Source of the DNA: an uncultured Gemmatimonadales bacterium
GTDB taxonomy: Bacteria > Gemmatimonadota > Gemmatimonadetes > Longimicrobiales > RSA9
Length of the DNA stretch: 64,000 nucleotides
Direction: 5' to 3'
Assembly: GCA_963816355.1 (NCBI GenBank)
Contig: CAWFKH010000004.1
Location: 1 to 64,000 of the forward strand
A program made the translations under genes and the position numbers. Positions 51,126-61,899 of this stretch are shown here, piece by piece; positions within the stretch are counted from its first letter, which is position 1, and each line of letters starts with the position of its first letter. The notes beneath the pieces are model-generated. The model saw only the letters and a list, made by a program, of their open reading frames with translations, had not been told where the DNA came from and searched no databases.

Positions 51126-51556
51126 CGCATGAGGCGGATCTGGGTGACCCTCCAGTCGCCGTTCTCCTCGACGAGCCCGACGAACACGCGCGTCGGCTCG
51201 GCGACCGTCGAGCCGCGCATGCGCACGATCCACGCGATCTCCGCGTACGCACGCGCCGGCTGCCCGCCGGTGACTTCGACCTCCGCCGTGCGCACCGAGA
51301 GCGTCTCCATGTCGTCGAAGACGCGGCGCAGCACCGCGGCCGCCTGCCGCGGCGAGAGCGGCCCCATCGGACCGCCGCGCATCTCGAGCGAGACGCCGGC
51401 GCGCGCGGCGTGGCGGATCACCGCGCCGGCGTCGCCGCGGCGCCAGGAGACGGCGATGCCGTCGACCACCTGCCGCAGGCGGAGCTGGCGCTGCTGCGCG
51501 GCGGCGGGCGCGGCCGCCACGAGCACCGTCAGGACGGCGAGGAGGACGCGCCTCAT
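51122..51556 (-). CDS. Secreted hypothetical protein (DUF4783/NTF2-like)
   Basis: Signal peptide MRRVLLAVLTVLVAAAPAAA; ends WRVTQIRLMR; ATGA overlaps on both sides. Confidence 0.7.
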   Translation of the reverse strand: MRRVLLAVLTVLVAAAPAAAQQRQLRLRQVVDGIAVSWRRGDAGAVIRHAARAGVSLEMRGGPMGPLSPRQAAAVLRRVFDDMETLSVRTAEVEVTGGQPARAYAEIAWIVRMRGSTVAEPTRVFVGLVEENGDWRVTQIRLMR

Positions 51557-52260
51557 TCGGCAGGCTGGAGGGCCGAGGTCATCTCGTCGCGCAGCCGCTC
51601 GACGACGCCCGCGGGATCCGGCGCCTGGTACACCGGCCGGCCGACGACGAGGTAGTCCGAGCCGGCGCGCACGGCGTCCGCCGGCGTCGCCACGCGCACC
51701 TGGTCGGCCGCGTCGCCGTCGGAGGGGCGGATGCCGGGCGTCACCACGAGGAAGTCGGCGCCATGGCGTCGCTTGAGCGCCTCCACCTCGAGCGCGGAAG
51801 CGACCACGCCGTCGAGCCCGGCGGAGGCGGCGAGCGTCGCGAGACGGGCCACCTCCTCGCGCAGCGAGCGCAGCTCCTTGCCCCACACTTCCAGCACGTC
51901 CTCCGCGGTGAAGGAGGTGAGCAGGGTGACGCCGACGACGCGCGTGCGGCCCTCCCCGGCGGCAGCGCGCGCGGCGCGCATCATCGCGACGCCGCCCGCG
52001 GCGTGCACGGTGAGCAGGTCGACGCCGTGCGCCGCAGCGGCTTCGACCGCGCGCGAGACGGTGTTCGGGATGTCGTGATACTTCAGGTCGAGGAACACGC
52101 GCTTGCCGGCGTCGCGGAGGCGGCGCACGACGTCCGGGCCGCCCGCGGTGAAGAGGTGGGCGCCCACCTTGTAGAAGCCGACCGCGTCGCCGAGCCGCCG
52201 CACGAGGCGGTCGGCCTCGCCCGGCGTCGGGAGGTCGAGTGCGATGATGATCTCAGCCAT
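51553..52260 (-). CDS. pyrF: Orotidine-5'-phosphate decarboxylase
   Basis: IIALD, FLDLKYHDIPNTV, TPGIRP, LVVGRP. Confidence 0.97.
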   Translation of the reverse strand: MAEIIIALDLPTPGEADRLVRRLGDAVGFYKVGAHLFTAGGPDVVRRLRDAGKRVFLDLKYHDIPNTVSRAVEAAAAHGVDLLTVHAAGGVAMMRAARAAAGEGRTRVVGVTLLTSFTAEDVLEVWGKELRSLREEVARLATLAASAGLDGVVASALEVEALKRRHGADFLVVTPGIRPSDGDAADQVRVATPADAVRAGSDYLVVGRPVYQAPDPAGVVERLRDEMTSALQPAE

Positions 52261-52281
52261 GGCTTCCCGATTGGCGCCCCA

Positions 52282-53235
52282 TCAGGTCGGTGTCCCGCTG
52301 CCCGTGATGCCCGCTCCCACGAGCTCACCCACGTGACCGACGGCGTGGCGGCGTAGGTATCGGTCGAGGCCGTTCAATACACGGTGCGCGGCGCGAGGAT
52401 CCGCGAATCCCGCGGTCCCGATCTGCACCAGCGACGCGCCCGCGAGGAGGTACTGGAGGGCGTCCTCGGCGCCGCGGACGCCGCCCACGCCCACGACCGG
52501 CACGTCCACGCGCCGGCGTACGGACCACACCGCGTGCACGCCCATCGGCAGCACCGCCGGTCCGCTCACGCCGCCGGTGCCCGCGCCGAGCAGCGCGCGT
52601 CGCGACTCGACGTCGAAGAGCAGGCCCGGAAAGGTGTTGATGACGGTGATGCCGTCCGCCCCGGCGGCGACGGCGACCTCGGCGGCGTGCGCCACGTCCG
52701 GCAGGTTCGGCGCGAGCTTGGCGAGCAGCGGCCGCCGCGTGACCGCGCGGCACTGCGCGACGACCTCGCGCAGCAGATCGTCGCGCGCGCAGAAGATCGC
52801 GCCGCCCTCCTTCACGTTGGGACACGACACGTTCAGCTCGAAGCCGAGGAAGCCGGGCTCCGGATCCAAGCGCGCCACAACGCCCGGATAGTCCTCCACC
52901 CTCTTCCCCGCCACGTTCACCAGCACCTGCGCGCGCGCGACATGCGCCGCCAGCCACGGCAGCGCGTCCGAGCGGAACGCCTCCACCCCTACGTTCGCCA
53001 GGCCGACCGAGTTCAGCATTCCCGCCGAGAACTCCGCCACGCGCAGCGGCGCGTTGCCGGCGCGCGGCTCCGGCGTGATCGCCTTCGTGACCAGGCCGCC
53101 CAGCGACTCCAGGTCTACGACCTCCGCCAGCTCGCGCCCGTAGCCGCACGTGCCGGCGGCGAGCAGCACCGGATTCTGGAAATCCACGCCGAAGAGGCGT
53201 TGCGTCAGCCGGTCGGCGCCCGCGCTCGCGCTCAC
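52282..53235 (-). CDS. pyrD: Dihydroorotate dehydrogenase, class 1
   Basis: NPVLLAAGT, MLNSVGLAN, ELNVSCPNVK, KLAPN, GGVSGPA. Confidence 0.93.
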   Translation of the reverse strand: MSASAGADRLTQRLFGVDFQNPVLLAAGTCGYGRELAEVVDLESLGGLVTKAITPEPRAGNAPLRVAEFSAGMLNSVGLANVGVEAFRSDALPWLAAHVARAQVLVNVAGKRVEDYPGVVARLDPEPGFLGFELNVSCPNVKEGGAIFCARDDLLREVVAQCRAVTRRPLLAKLAPNLPDVAHAAEVAVAAGADGITVINTFPGLLFDVESRRALLGAGTGGVSGPAVLPMGVHAVWSVRRRVDVPVVGVGGVRGAEDALQYLLAGASLVQIGTAGFADPRAAHRVLNGLDRYLRRHAVGHVGELVGAGITGSGTPT

Positions 53236-54525
53236 CGGCCGCCGGCGCTCACCCACAGGTGCTCGTGCCGGTCGAAGAAGCGGTCGATCGCATCCCCGAT
53301 CGCGAGCGCGAGCTTCTGCTGGAAACCGTCGGTCGCGAGGAGCCGCTCCTCCGCGCGGTCGGAGATGAACGCCGTCTCGACCAGCACCGCCGGCATGAAA
53401 GCGCCCACGAGCACCCGGAAGCCCGCCTGCTTGACGCCGCGGTTCGGGCCGGGATGGAAGCCGGCGAGCTCGCGCTGCACCTCCTCGGCGAGGTCGTCGG
53501 AGGCGTGCACGTAGAAGTCGTTGCGCAGCCCATTGAGGATCTGGCCGACGTCGTCCCCCGCCGCCTGCGCGGGCCGCTCCTCGTACGCCACCGCCGCGTT
53601 CTCCATCTCCGCCACGCGGCGCTCGTCGTCCGTGCGCGCGTCGGAGAGGAAGTACGTCTCGAACCCCTCGGCCGAGCCGCGGTACGCGTTGGCGTGGATC
53701 GAGACGAAGAGCGCCGCGGGCCGCCCGTTCTTCCACCGGTTCGCCATGCGCGGCCGGTCCGCCAGCGCGATCAGCGTGTCCGTCGTGCGCGTCATCCGCA
53801 CCTCGTAGCCACGCTCGCGCAGCGCCGTCGCCAGCCGCTTCGCGATCGCCAGCGTCACGTCCTTCTCGCGCACCCCATCCGGCCCCACCTTGCCCGGATC
53901 GCGGCCGCCGTGCCCCGCATCCACCACGACGAGGCGCGTGTCCTCCGGCTTCGGCGTCCTGGCCGCCGGCGCGGGCTTCGAAGCCGCGGCCACCGGCGCG
54001 CGCCCGGCCGCGCGTCCGGCGCAGCACCCCCGCCGCCGGCGCCGCGCCGCCGCCCACGACCAGCGCGCCGCCCCTCACCGCGACGCGGTCCGGATGCAGC
54101 GACGGCAGCCAGGAGAGCAGCAGCGCCGCCGGCCAGTACCCGCGGCCGTCGCGCACGTAGTACGGCTGCGGCAGCTGCGCCAGCCTGCCGTCGGCGCGGA
54201 AGAACGGCGAGAGGTCCTCGAAGACCAGCGTGTCGCCGAAGACGACGACGCTCGTCCGCGTCCCCGTCGCGCGGATCCGCGCGCCGAGCGCTTCCAGCGC
54301 CTCCGCCGGGTACGCCACCCAGCCGCGCGCGTCCTCGCCGGCGACGGTGAGGGCCCCCTCGTTCGTCTCGATGCGCAGCGCGGGCGGGGCCGCGGGCGCG
54401 GCGGGTCGCGCCTCGGGTCGCGCCGCGGGCGCCGGGAGCGCGGCGGCCGGGGTCGAGGCGAGCGCGGCGGCGGTGGTCGAGGCGAGCGCGGCGGCGCACA
54501 GGAGCGGGAGCAGCGTCGCCCTCAC
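53232..54525 (-). CDS. N-acetylmuramoyl-L-alanine amidase, AmiC-like (frameshift at 54027-54031)
   Basis: GTG 54525 overlaps the smpB stop and encodes a signal peptide. The Amidase_3 domain (VVVDAGHGGRDPG, EKDVTL, FVSIHAN, AVLVETAFI) is in another frame and is joined by adding one base to a 5-base run. Confidence 0.85.
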
Positions 54526-54998
54526 TGGCCGAGCTCCTTGAAGGCGCGCTCGACGTCGCGCTCGGACGCGCGTTTCTTCAGCTCCTCGCGGCGGTCGCGG
54601 TGACGGCGGCCGCGGGCGAGGGCGAGCGTGATCTTGGCGACGCCGCGGCGGAAGTAGAGGTCGAGCGGGACGAGCGTGAGCCCCTTTTCCTGGACGGAGC
54701 CGATGAGGCGGCGGATCTCGCGCTTCTGGAGCAGCAGCTTCCGCGTTCGGATGGGGTCCGCGACGTTCCACAGGGAGGCCGGGCCGTACGGGCTGATGTG
54801 CATGTTGTGCAGCCACACCTCGCCGTTCTCGACGCGCGCGTAGGCGTCGCCGAGGTTCGCCTTCCCCTCGCGCAGCGACTTCACCTCCGGGCCGCGCAGC
54901 ACCAGACCCGCCTCGAAGCGCTCCAGGATCTCGTAGTCGTGGAGCGCCTTGCGGTTGCGCGCGACGACCTTGCGCCCGTCCTTCTCCGCCCCGCTCAT
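54522..54998 (-). CDS. smpB: SsrA-binding protein
   Basis: NRKALHDY, EAGLVL.GPEVKSLR, RTRKLLL, GLTLVPL. Confidence 0.97.
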   Translation of the reverse strand: MSGAEKDGRKVVARNRKALHDYEILERFEAGLVLRGPEVKSLREGKANLGDAYARVENGEVWLHNMHISPYGPASLWNVADPIRTRKLLLQKREIRRLIGSVQEKGLTLVPLDLYFRRGVAKITLALARGRRHRDRREELKKRASERDVERAFKELGQ

Positions 54999-55005
54999 GC
55001 CCTCC

Positions 55006-55968
55006 TCACCGCAGGCGCTCCTTCTGTCTGCGCCGGATCCGCTGCATCGCCGAAACCTGCGCGATCTCGCCGCCGAGGACGAACACCACCGACGTGTAAT
55101 AGATCCACAGGACGAGGATCATCAGCGTGGCGAGGTTGCCGTACGTGGAGCCGTAGTCGGCGACGCTCGCGACGTACCAGCTGAACGCCTCCTTCAGCAC
55201 TTCGGTGAAGAGCGCCGTGAAGGTCGCCGCGGTCAGCGACGTGCGCCACGACGTGCGCCGCGCCGGCAGGTACCGGTAGACCAGCACGAACGTCATCCAC
55301 AGGAAGAAGAGCGCGACCGCGCGGGTCCACAGGAGCTGAAAGAACGAGATCTGGCCCTCGGCCGCGCCCAGCACGCCCAGCACGTTGAAGCCCGCCTTCG
55401 CCACGATCTGCAGCCCCACCGTGAGCGTGACGTTCACCGCGAAGAGCAGCCCCGCCACCACGACCATGCGCGCATCGAAGATCTTGCCGGCGATGATGCC
55501 GCGGTCGCGATGCACGTCGAACACGTGCCGCAGCGCGCTGCGCAGGGTGCCGATCAGGCGCGTCGCGAGCCAGATGAAGACGACCGTGCCGATGCCGATC
55601 ACCTTGGACGCGCCGGCGATCAGGCCGTCGAACCAGTCGCCCACGACCGCCCGCTGCTGAGCGCCGAGCGGCGGCAGCATGTCCAGGATGATCTGCTCCA
55701 GGCGGCTGGCCGGATCGGTGGTGTAGAAACGCAGCACCACGCCCGCGATCGCGAGCGTGGCGAGGATCAGCGGCACGATCGCCACCACCACGTTGAAGGC
55801 GATCGCGCCGGCGAGGAAGAAGATGTCGTCCTCGCCGCCCTTTTCGTAGACTCGCTTGAAGAAGCGCCCCGTGCGCGCCCAGATGCGGCGAGCCGCGCCT
55901 CGACGCGGCGCCGCTCGCTCCCGCCGCCCGGCCGCGTCGGGCGCGGGCGCTCGAACCGGCTCGGGCAT
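55006..55968 (-). CDS. YihY/BrkB-family membrane protein
   Basis: LAGAIAF, LVYRYLP, YGSTYGNL...LWIYY....VLGGEI; multiple TM segments. Confidence 0.9.
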   Translation of the reverse strand: MPEPVRAPAPDAAGRRERAAPRRGAARRIWARTGRFFKRVYEKGGEDDIFFLAGAIAFNVVVAIVPLILATLAIAGVVLRFYTTDPASRLEQIILDMLPPLGAQQRAVVGDWFDGLIAGASKVIGIGTVVFIWLATRLIGTLRSALRHVFDVHRDRGIIAGKIFDARMVVVAGLLFAVNVTLTVGLQIVAKAGFNVLGVLGAAEGQISFFQLLWTRAVALFFLWMTFVLVYRYLPARRTSWRTSLTAATFTALFTEVLKEAFSWYVASVADYGSTYGNLATLMILVLWIYYTSVVFVLGGEIAQVSAMQRIRRRQKERLR

Positions 55969-55985
55969 CGGCGGCTAGCGCCGGC

Positions 55986-56438
55986 TCAATCGGTGGGCTC
56001 CGAACCGTCCCCTGCCGACTCCGCCTCGGCCGCCTCGGCGACGTCGCCGCGCGCGCGCTGCGACTCGTACTCCGAGCGCACGGCAGCGCGCGTCTCGTCG
56101 ACGCGGCGGCGCACATCGTCGCGCGTCTGCCGCGCGGCGCGGCGGCCGCTCTCCACGCCGGCGTCGAAGGCGCTCCGCGCGGCGGAGACGCGCGTGTCCA
56201 TCTCGCCCCGCACGTCGGAGACGGTCTCCTCGAGCGTCGAGCGGAAGTCCCGCACGGCGCCGTCCGCGCGGTCGCGGAGCCGCTCCAGCGTGCCGCGAAG
56301 CTGACGCCGCGTCTCCTCGCCCGCCCGCGGCGCGTAGAGCAACAACGCGGCCGCGCCGATCAACGCTCCCCACAGGAACGGACCGACCGAACCGCCCTTC
56401 TCCACCACTACGTACGAGACCTCATCGTTGTCCGGCAT
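55986..56438 (-). CDS. YtxH-domain protein
   Basis: FLWGALIGAAALLLYAPRAGEETR followed by a helical region. Confidence 0.88.
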   Translation of the reverse strand: MPDNDEVSYVVVEKGGSVGPFLWGALIGAAALLLYAPRAGEETRRQLRGTLERLRDRADGAVRDFRSTLEETVSDVRGEMDTRVSAARSAFDAGVESGRRAARQTRDDVRRRVDETRAAVRSEYESQRARGDVAEAAEAESAGDGSEPTD

Positions 56439-56480
56439 GCGCGACTCCCTTTCCGACGGCAGTGGCGCCCGGGCGCAGCG

Positions 56481-58022
<1,542 letters not shown>

Positions 58023-58110
58023 ACGGCCGTGCCCGTCCTCCCATTGCGGATGCGTAGGCGGCGCGCGGATGCCGCGCCGAGTGGAAGGTACCCTTCACCG
58101 CGGCAAAGGG

Positions 58111-58839
58111 TCAAGGGCTCGTATGTCTAGGAAACGCAAGCACAAACGACGTCCCCCAGCCCGTTCCCGCCTCGCTCTCGAGACGCAGCTCGCCGCCGTT
58201 CTCCGCGGCGATCGCGCGCGCGACCGCGAGGCCGTATCCGTCGGGGCCAGCCCCGTCCGCAACGCCCGCCTCGCCCAGCCGGCCGGCGACCTCCGGCGCG
58301 ACGCCCGGCCCGCTGCCGCGCACCCGCACAAGCGCCTCCGCCTCCGTGCGCTCGCAGTCGATGCGCACGCGGCCGCCCTCGCCGCCCACCGCCTCGATCG
58401 CGTTCACGAAGAGGTTCAGCACCGCGTGCCGCAACCCGACGGGGTCGACGCGGACGCGGCAGTCGTCGCCCGCCGGAGTGCGGGCCAGGTCGACGCGCTT
58501 CACGTGCGCCTCCGCCTCGAGAACCGGGAGCAGCTCCTCGATCACGGCGTCCAGCTCCGGCGAGGAGGCGGCCGCGCGCGCGGGCCGCAGCAGGCGCAAC
58601 AGCGAGTCCATCAGACGGTGCACACGATGGATCTCGTTCTCCACCACCGCGATCCGATTCTCGCACTCGTCGATGTCGCCGTCCACGGCGCGGCGCCGCA
58701 CCAGCTCGAGGTTGATCACCATCGCGTGGAGCGGGTTCTTCACCTCGTGGCTGAGGTCGTCGGCGAGACGGCCGACGACATCGAGGCGGTTGGCCCGGAT
58801 CTGCAGCGCATCCGGTAACGTGTCCGATCGCATGGTCAT
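58111..58839 (-). CDS. Histidine kinase core (HisKA + HATPase) without a sensor domain
   Basis: SHEVKNPL H-box, NLFVNAIEA N-box, degenerate G boxes. Confidence 0.8.
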   Translation of the reverse strand: MTMRSDTLPDALQIRANRLDVVGRLADDLSHEVKNPLHAMVINLELVRRRAVDGDIDECENRIAVVENEIHRVHRLMDSLLRLLRPARAAASSPELDAVIEELLPVLEAEAHVKRVDLARTPAGDDCRVRVDPVGLRHAVLNLFVNAIEAVGGEGGRVRIDCERTEAEALVRVRGSGPGVAPEVAGRLGEAGVADGAGPDGYGLAVARAIAAENGGELRLESEAGTGWGTSFVLAFPRHTSP

Positions 58840-58899
58840 GCTCCGTTCGCGGACGGGGCGGTGCGTCGCGTCGGGGGAGGAGCGTGCGGGGTGCAACTT

Positions 58900-59754
58900 C
58901 TATTCCTCGCGGCGGCGCGGGTCCGGTTCGGCTTCCTCGCCGACCCGCCTCCAGTAGAGCTCCGCCAGCTTCAGCGCGGCGGCGCCCGGCGCCGGGAGCT
59001 CCCTTCCGTCGAGCGAACGAATCGGCACCACGCCGAGCGACGTCATGGTGGCGAAGACCTCGTCCGCTGCGTCCAGCTCCGCGCGCTCCCAACCGCCCTC
59101 CTCCGCCACGTAGCCGGCGGCGCCGGCCAGATCGAGCACGGCCGCGCGCGTGACGCCGGCGAGCACGCCCGCCTCCAGCCCCGGCGTGCGCAGCCGATCG
59201 CCCGCGCGCCAGAAGACGTTCCACGACGGCCCCTCCGTCACGCGGCCGGCGCGGTCGAGGAGGAGCGCGTCGTCGGCGCCGGCGGCGCGGGCGCGCAGCC
59301 GCGCCAGCAGGCCGTGCAGGCGGCCGGGCGTCTTGATCTGCGGCGGCACCGCGCCCGGGTCCGGGTGCCGCACCTCCGACGTCACGACCCGCCATCCGGC
59401 CCGGGCGCGCTCGCGCCAGTCGGGCGGCAGGACCTCCACGGCGATGTAGAGCGCGCCGGCGCGCGCGGCCGGGGCGCCGGGCGTGGCGACGACGCGCACG
59501 ACGGCCTGGCGCGCGTCGTTGCGCGCGACGGCCTCGCGGACGAGGCGGGCGAGGTCTTCGGCGGGGGGGAGCGGGACGGCGAGCGCGCGGGCGCTCTCCG
59601 CCAGGCGGCCGAGGTGCACGTGCAGTCGGAAGGTGCGCGCGTCGTACACGCGGACGGTCTCGAAGACGGCGTGACCGCCGAGGAAGCCGGCGTCGCCGAC
59701 CGGCACGGCGGGCGCCGCCGCCTCGACCCAGCGGCCGTTCGCGTACGCGATCAA
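58900..59754 (-). CDS. Class IV aminotransferase (IlvE/PabC-like)
   Basis: GHAVFETVR, HLGRL, QIKT, TEGPSWNVF, LAGVTR, ADEVF. Confidence 0.9.
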   Translation of the reverse strand: MIAYANGRWVEAAAPAVPVGDAGFLGGHAVFETVRVYDARTFRLHVHLGRLAESARALAVPLPPAEDLARLVREAVARNDARQAVVRVVATPGAPAARAGALYIAVEVLPPDWRERARAGWRVVTSEVRHPDPGAVPPQIKTPGRLHGLLARLRARAAGADDALLLDRAGRVTEGPSWNVFWRAGDRLRTPGLEAGVLAGVTRAAVLDLAGAAGYVAEEGGWERAELDAADEVFATMTSLGVVPIRSLDGRELPAPGAAALKLAELYWRRVGEEAEPDPRRREE

Positions 59755-59761
59755 CGGCGCC

Positions 59762-61114
59762 TCAGAAGCCCTCGCGGCCCATCAGGGCGTAGGTGAGCCG
59801 CTTGCCCAGCTCGACGCCAGGCTGGTCGAGCGGGTCGACGTCGTAGAGCTCGCCGGCGTAGACGGTCGCGATCTGCAGCATCATGAAGAGCTGGCCGAGG
59901 GCGTGGGCGGACAGCTCGGGCAGCTCGATGGTCATGTTCATGCGGCCGTTGGCGGCGAGCGCGCCCGCGGTCGCGGTGCGCTCGGCGTGGAGCAGCGTGC
60001 CGAGCGTCTTTCCGCCGAGGTAGGCGAGCGCGTCGATCTCCGGGTACTGGTCCGGCGGGATCGCGACGTCCTCACCCGCCTTCGCGACGGTGAGGAAGGT
60101 GATCGTCTTGTCGAACGGCCCTTCCACGTAGAGCTGCGCCTGCGAGTGCTGGTCGGTGGCGCCGAGCGCCTTCACCGGCGTCGGTCCGCGGAACACCTCC
60201 CTGCCCTGCCGGTCGAGGCGCTTGCCGAGGCTCTCCGCCCACAACTGGCGGAACCAGTCCGCCAGCCCCAGCAGTCGGTCGCCGTAGGCCATCATCACGT
60301 GGATGTGGGCTCCGTGGTCGGCGTCCGCCATGTGCTGCAGCAGCGCGTAGCGCGCCGCTGGATTCTCCGCGATGCGCGGACTCTCGCACCGCTCGACCAT
60401 CGCGCGGGCGCCGTCGAGCAGTGCCCCGACGTCGATGCCGACGAGCGCGGCGGGCAGCAGGCCCACGGCGGAGAGCACGCTGAAGCGGCCGCCCACGTTC
60501 GGCGGCACCGGCACGGAGGCGATCCCCTCCTGGTGGGCGAGGCGGCGAAGCACGCCCTTCTCCGGGTCGGTCGTGAAGACGACGTGGCGCCGGTAGGCCT
60601 CCTCGCCGAGCTCGCGGATCAGCCGGTCCCGCACGACGAGGAACTGCGCCATCGTCTCCGCCGTCGCGCCGGACTTGCTGACGACATCGAAGAGCGTGCG
60701 GCCGAGCGGCAGGCGCTCCAGCACGGGACCCACGGTGGCGGGGTCCACGTTGTCGAGCACGTAGAGGCGCGGGTAGTAGTCGCGGCCCTCGTCGTCCAGC
60801 TCGTTCCAGAAGGGCGGCAGCAGCGCCCGCTGCAACGCGATCGTGCCGAGCGCGGAGCCGCCGATGCCGAGCACGACGACGGCGTCGTTGGCCTGCCCGA
60901 TGCCGTCCGCGAAGCGGCGGATCTGATCGACCACGTCGCGGTGCTCGGGGAGGTCGTAGAAGCCGATCTCGCCGGCGTCGCGGCGGCGGCGCACGGCGTC
61001 GTGAGCTTGGCGGAGGCGGTCGGCGGCGGCGGCGAGCGCGGCGGGGTCGAGGCCGCGTCCGCCGAGGTTCGGCGCGAGCATGTTGTCGTGGTCCAGACGG
61101 ATCGCTTCCGGCAT
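59762..61114 (-). CDS. pgi: Glucose-6-phosphate isomerase
   Basis: VLGIGGSALG, SKSGATAET, VGGRFSVLS, QLWAESLGK, DQPGVELGK. Confidence 0.96.
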   Translation of the reverse strand: MPEAIRLDHDNMLAPNLGGRGLDPAALAAAADRLRQAHDAVRRRRDAGEIGFYDLPEHRDVVDQIRRFADGIGQANDAVVVLGIGGSALGTIALQRALLPPFWNELDDEGRDYYPRLYVLDNVDPATVGPVLERLPLGRTLFDVVSKSGATAETMAQFLVVRDRLIRELGEEAYRRHVVFTTDPEKGVLRRLAHQEGIASVPVPPNVGGRFSVLSAVGLLPAALVGIDVGALLDGARAMVERCESPRIAENPAARYALLQHMADADHGAHIHVMMAYGDRLLGLADWFRQLWAESLGKRLDRQGREVFRGPTPVKALGATDQHSQAQLYVEGPFDKTITFLTVAKAGEDVAIPPDQYPEIDALAYLGGKTLGTLLHAERTATAGALAANGRMNMTIELPELSAHALGQLFMMLQIATVYAGELYDVDPLDQPGVELGKRLTYALMGREGF

Positions 61115-61119
61115 TTCGC

Positions 61120-61899
61120 TCAGACCTCCAGGGAGAGCCCGTCGTGGGCGGCGTGGACGCCCGCCGGCAGGCGCTCCTCCAGCTCGGCGTGAGCCACGCG
61201 GTGGGTCAGGTGGGTGAGGAACGTGCGCTCCGCGCCGATGTCGGCGGCGACCTCGATCGCCTCTTCGACCGTCAGGTGCGTCGGGTGGGGCGGCCCGAAC
61301 CAGAGCGCGCTCAGCACCAGCACGCGCACGCCGCGGAGCACGTCGCGCACGGCCGCGGGGACCGCTTCGGCGTCGGTCACGTAGCCGAGCGCGCCGGCGC
61401 GGAAGCCGAACGCCGTGGTGTCGCCGTGCGGCACCGGAAGCGGCACCATGTCGATCCCCGCCACCTCGACGGGCTCGAAGGCGCGCAGCGGTGAGAGACG
61501 GATCTCCGGCTTCGTCGTTCCCGCGACGGCGGGGACGTCGTCGAAGATATAGGAGAAGCGGCGGCGGATCACGTCGGAAACCGGCGGCGCCGCCCAAGCC
61601 TGCAGGTCGCTGCGGCCGCGCGCGGAGAAGATGCGCAGGTCGTCGATGCCGGCGGTGTGGTCGGCGTGCTCGTGCGTGAACCAGACGGCGTCGACGGAAG
61701 CGACGCCGGCCGCGACGAGCTGGAGGCGCAGCTCGGGCGGCGTGTCGACGAGGACGCGGCGCGCGCCGTCGTCGCTCTCGAGCAGCGCGGCGTGGCGCGT
61801 GCGCCGGTCGCGCGGGTCGCTCGAAGTGCAGCGGGGGCAGTCGCAGCCGACGACCGGCACGCCGAAGGAGGTGCCGGTGCCGAGGAAGGTGAGCCTCAC
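61120..61899 (-). CDS. MBL-fold metallohydrolase (PhnP/YycJ-like)
   Basis: FLGTGTSFGVP..GCDC..C, THEHADHTAG.DD, THLTH. Confidence 0.92.
   Translation of the reverse strand: MRLTFLGTGTSFGVPVVGCDCPRCTSSDPRDRRTRHAALLESDDGARRVLVDTPPELRLQLVAAGVASVDAVWFTHEHADHTAGIDDLRIFSARGRSDLQAWAAPPVSDVIRRRFSYIFDDVPAVAGTTKPEIRLSPLRAFEPVEVAGIDMVPLPVPHGDTTAFGFRAGALGYVTDAEAVPAAVRDVLRGVRVLVLSALWFGPPHPTHLTVEEAIEVAADIGAERTFLTHLTHRVAHAELEERLPAGVHAAHDGLSLEV

Noticed and set aside
52282..54816. Apparent 844-aa fusion ending in PyrD
   Set aside because: Artefact of the amidase frameshift; pyrD has its own GTG at 53235 overlapping the amidase stop.
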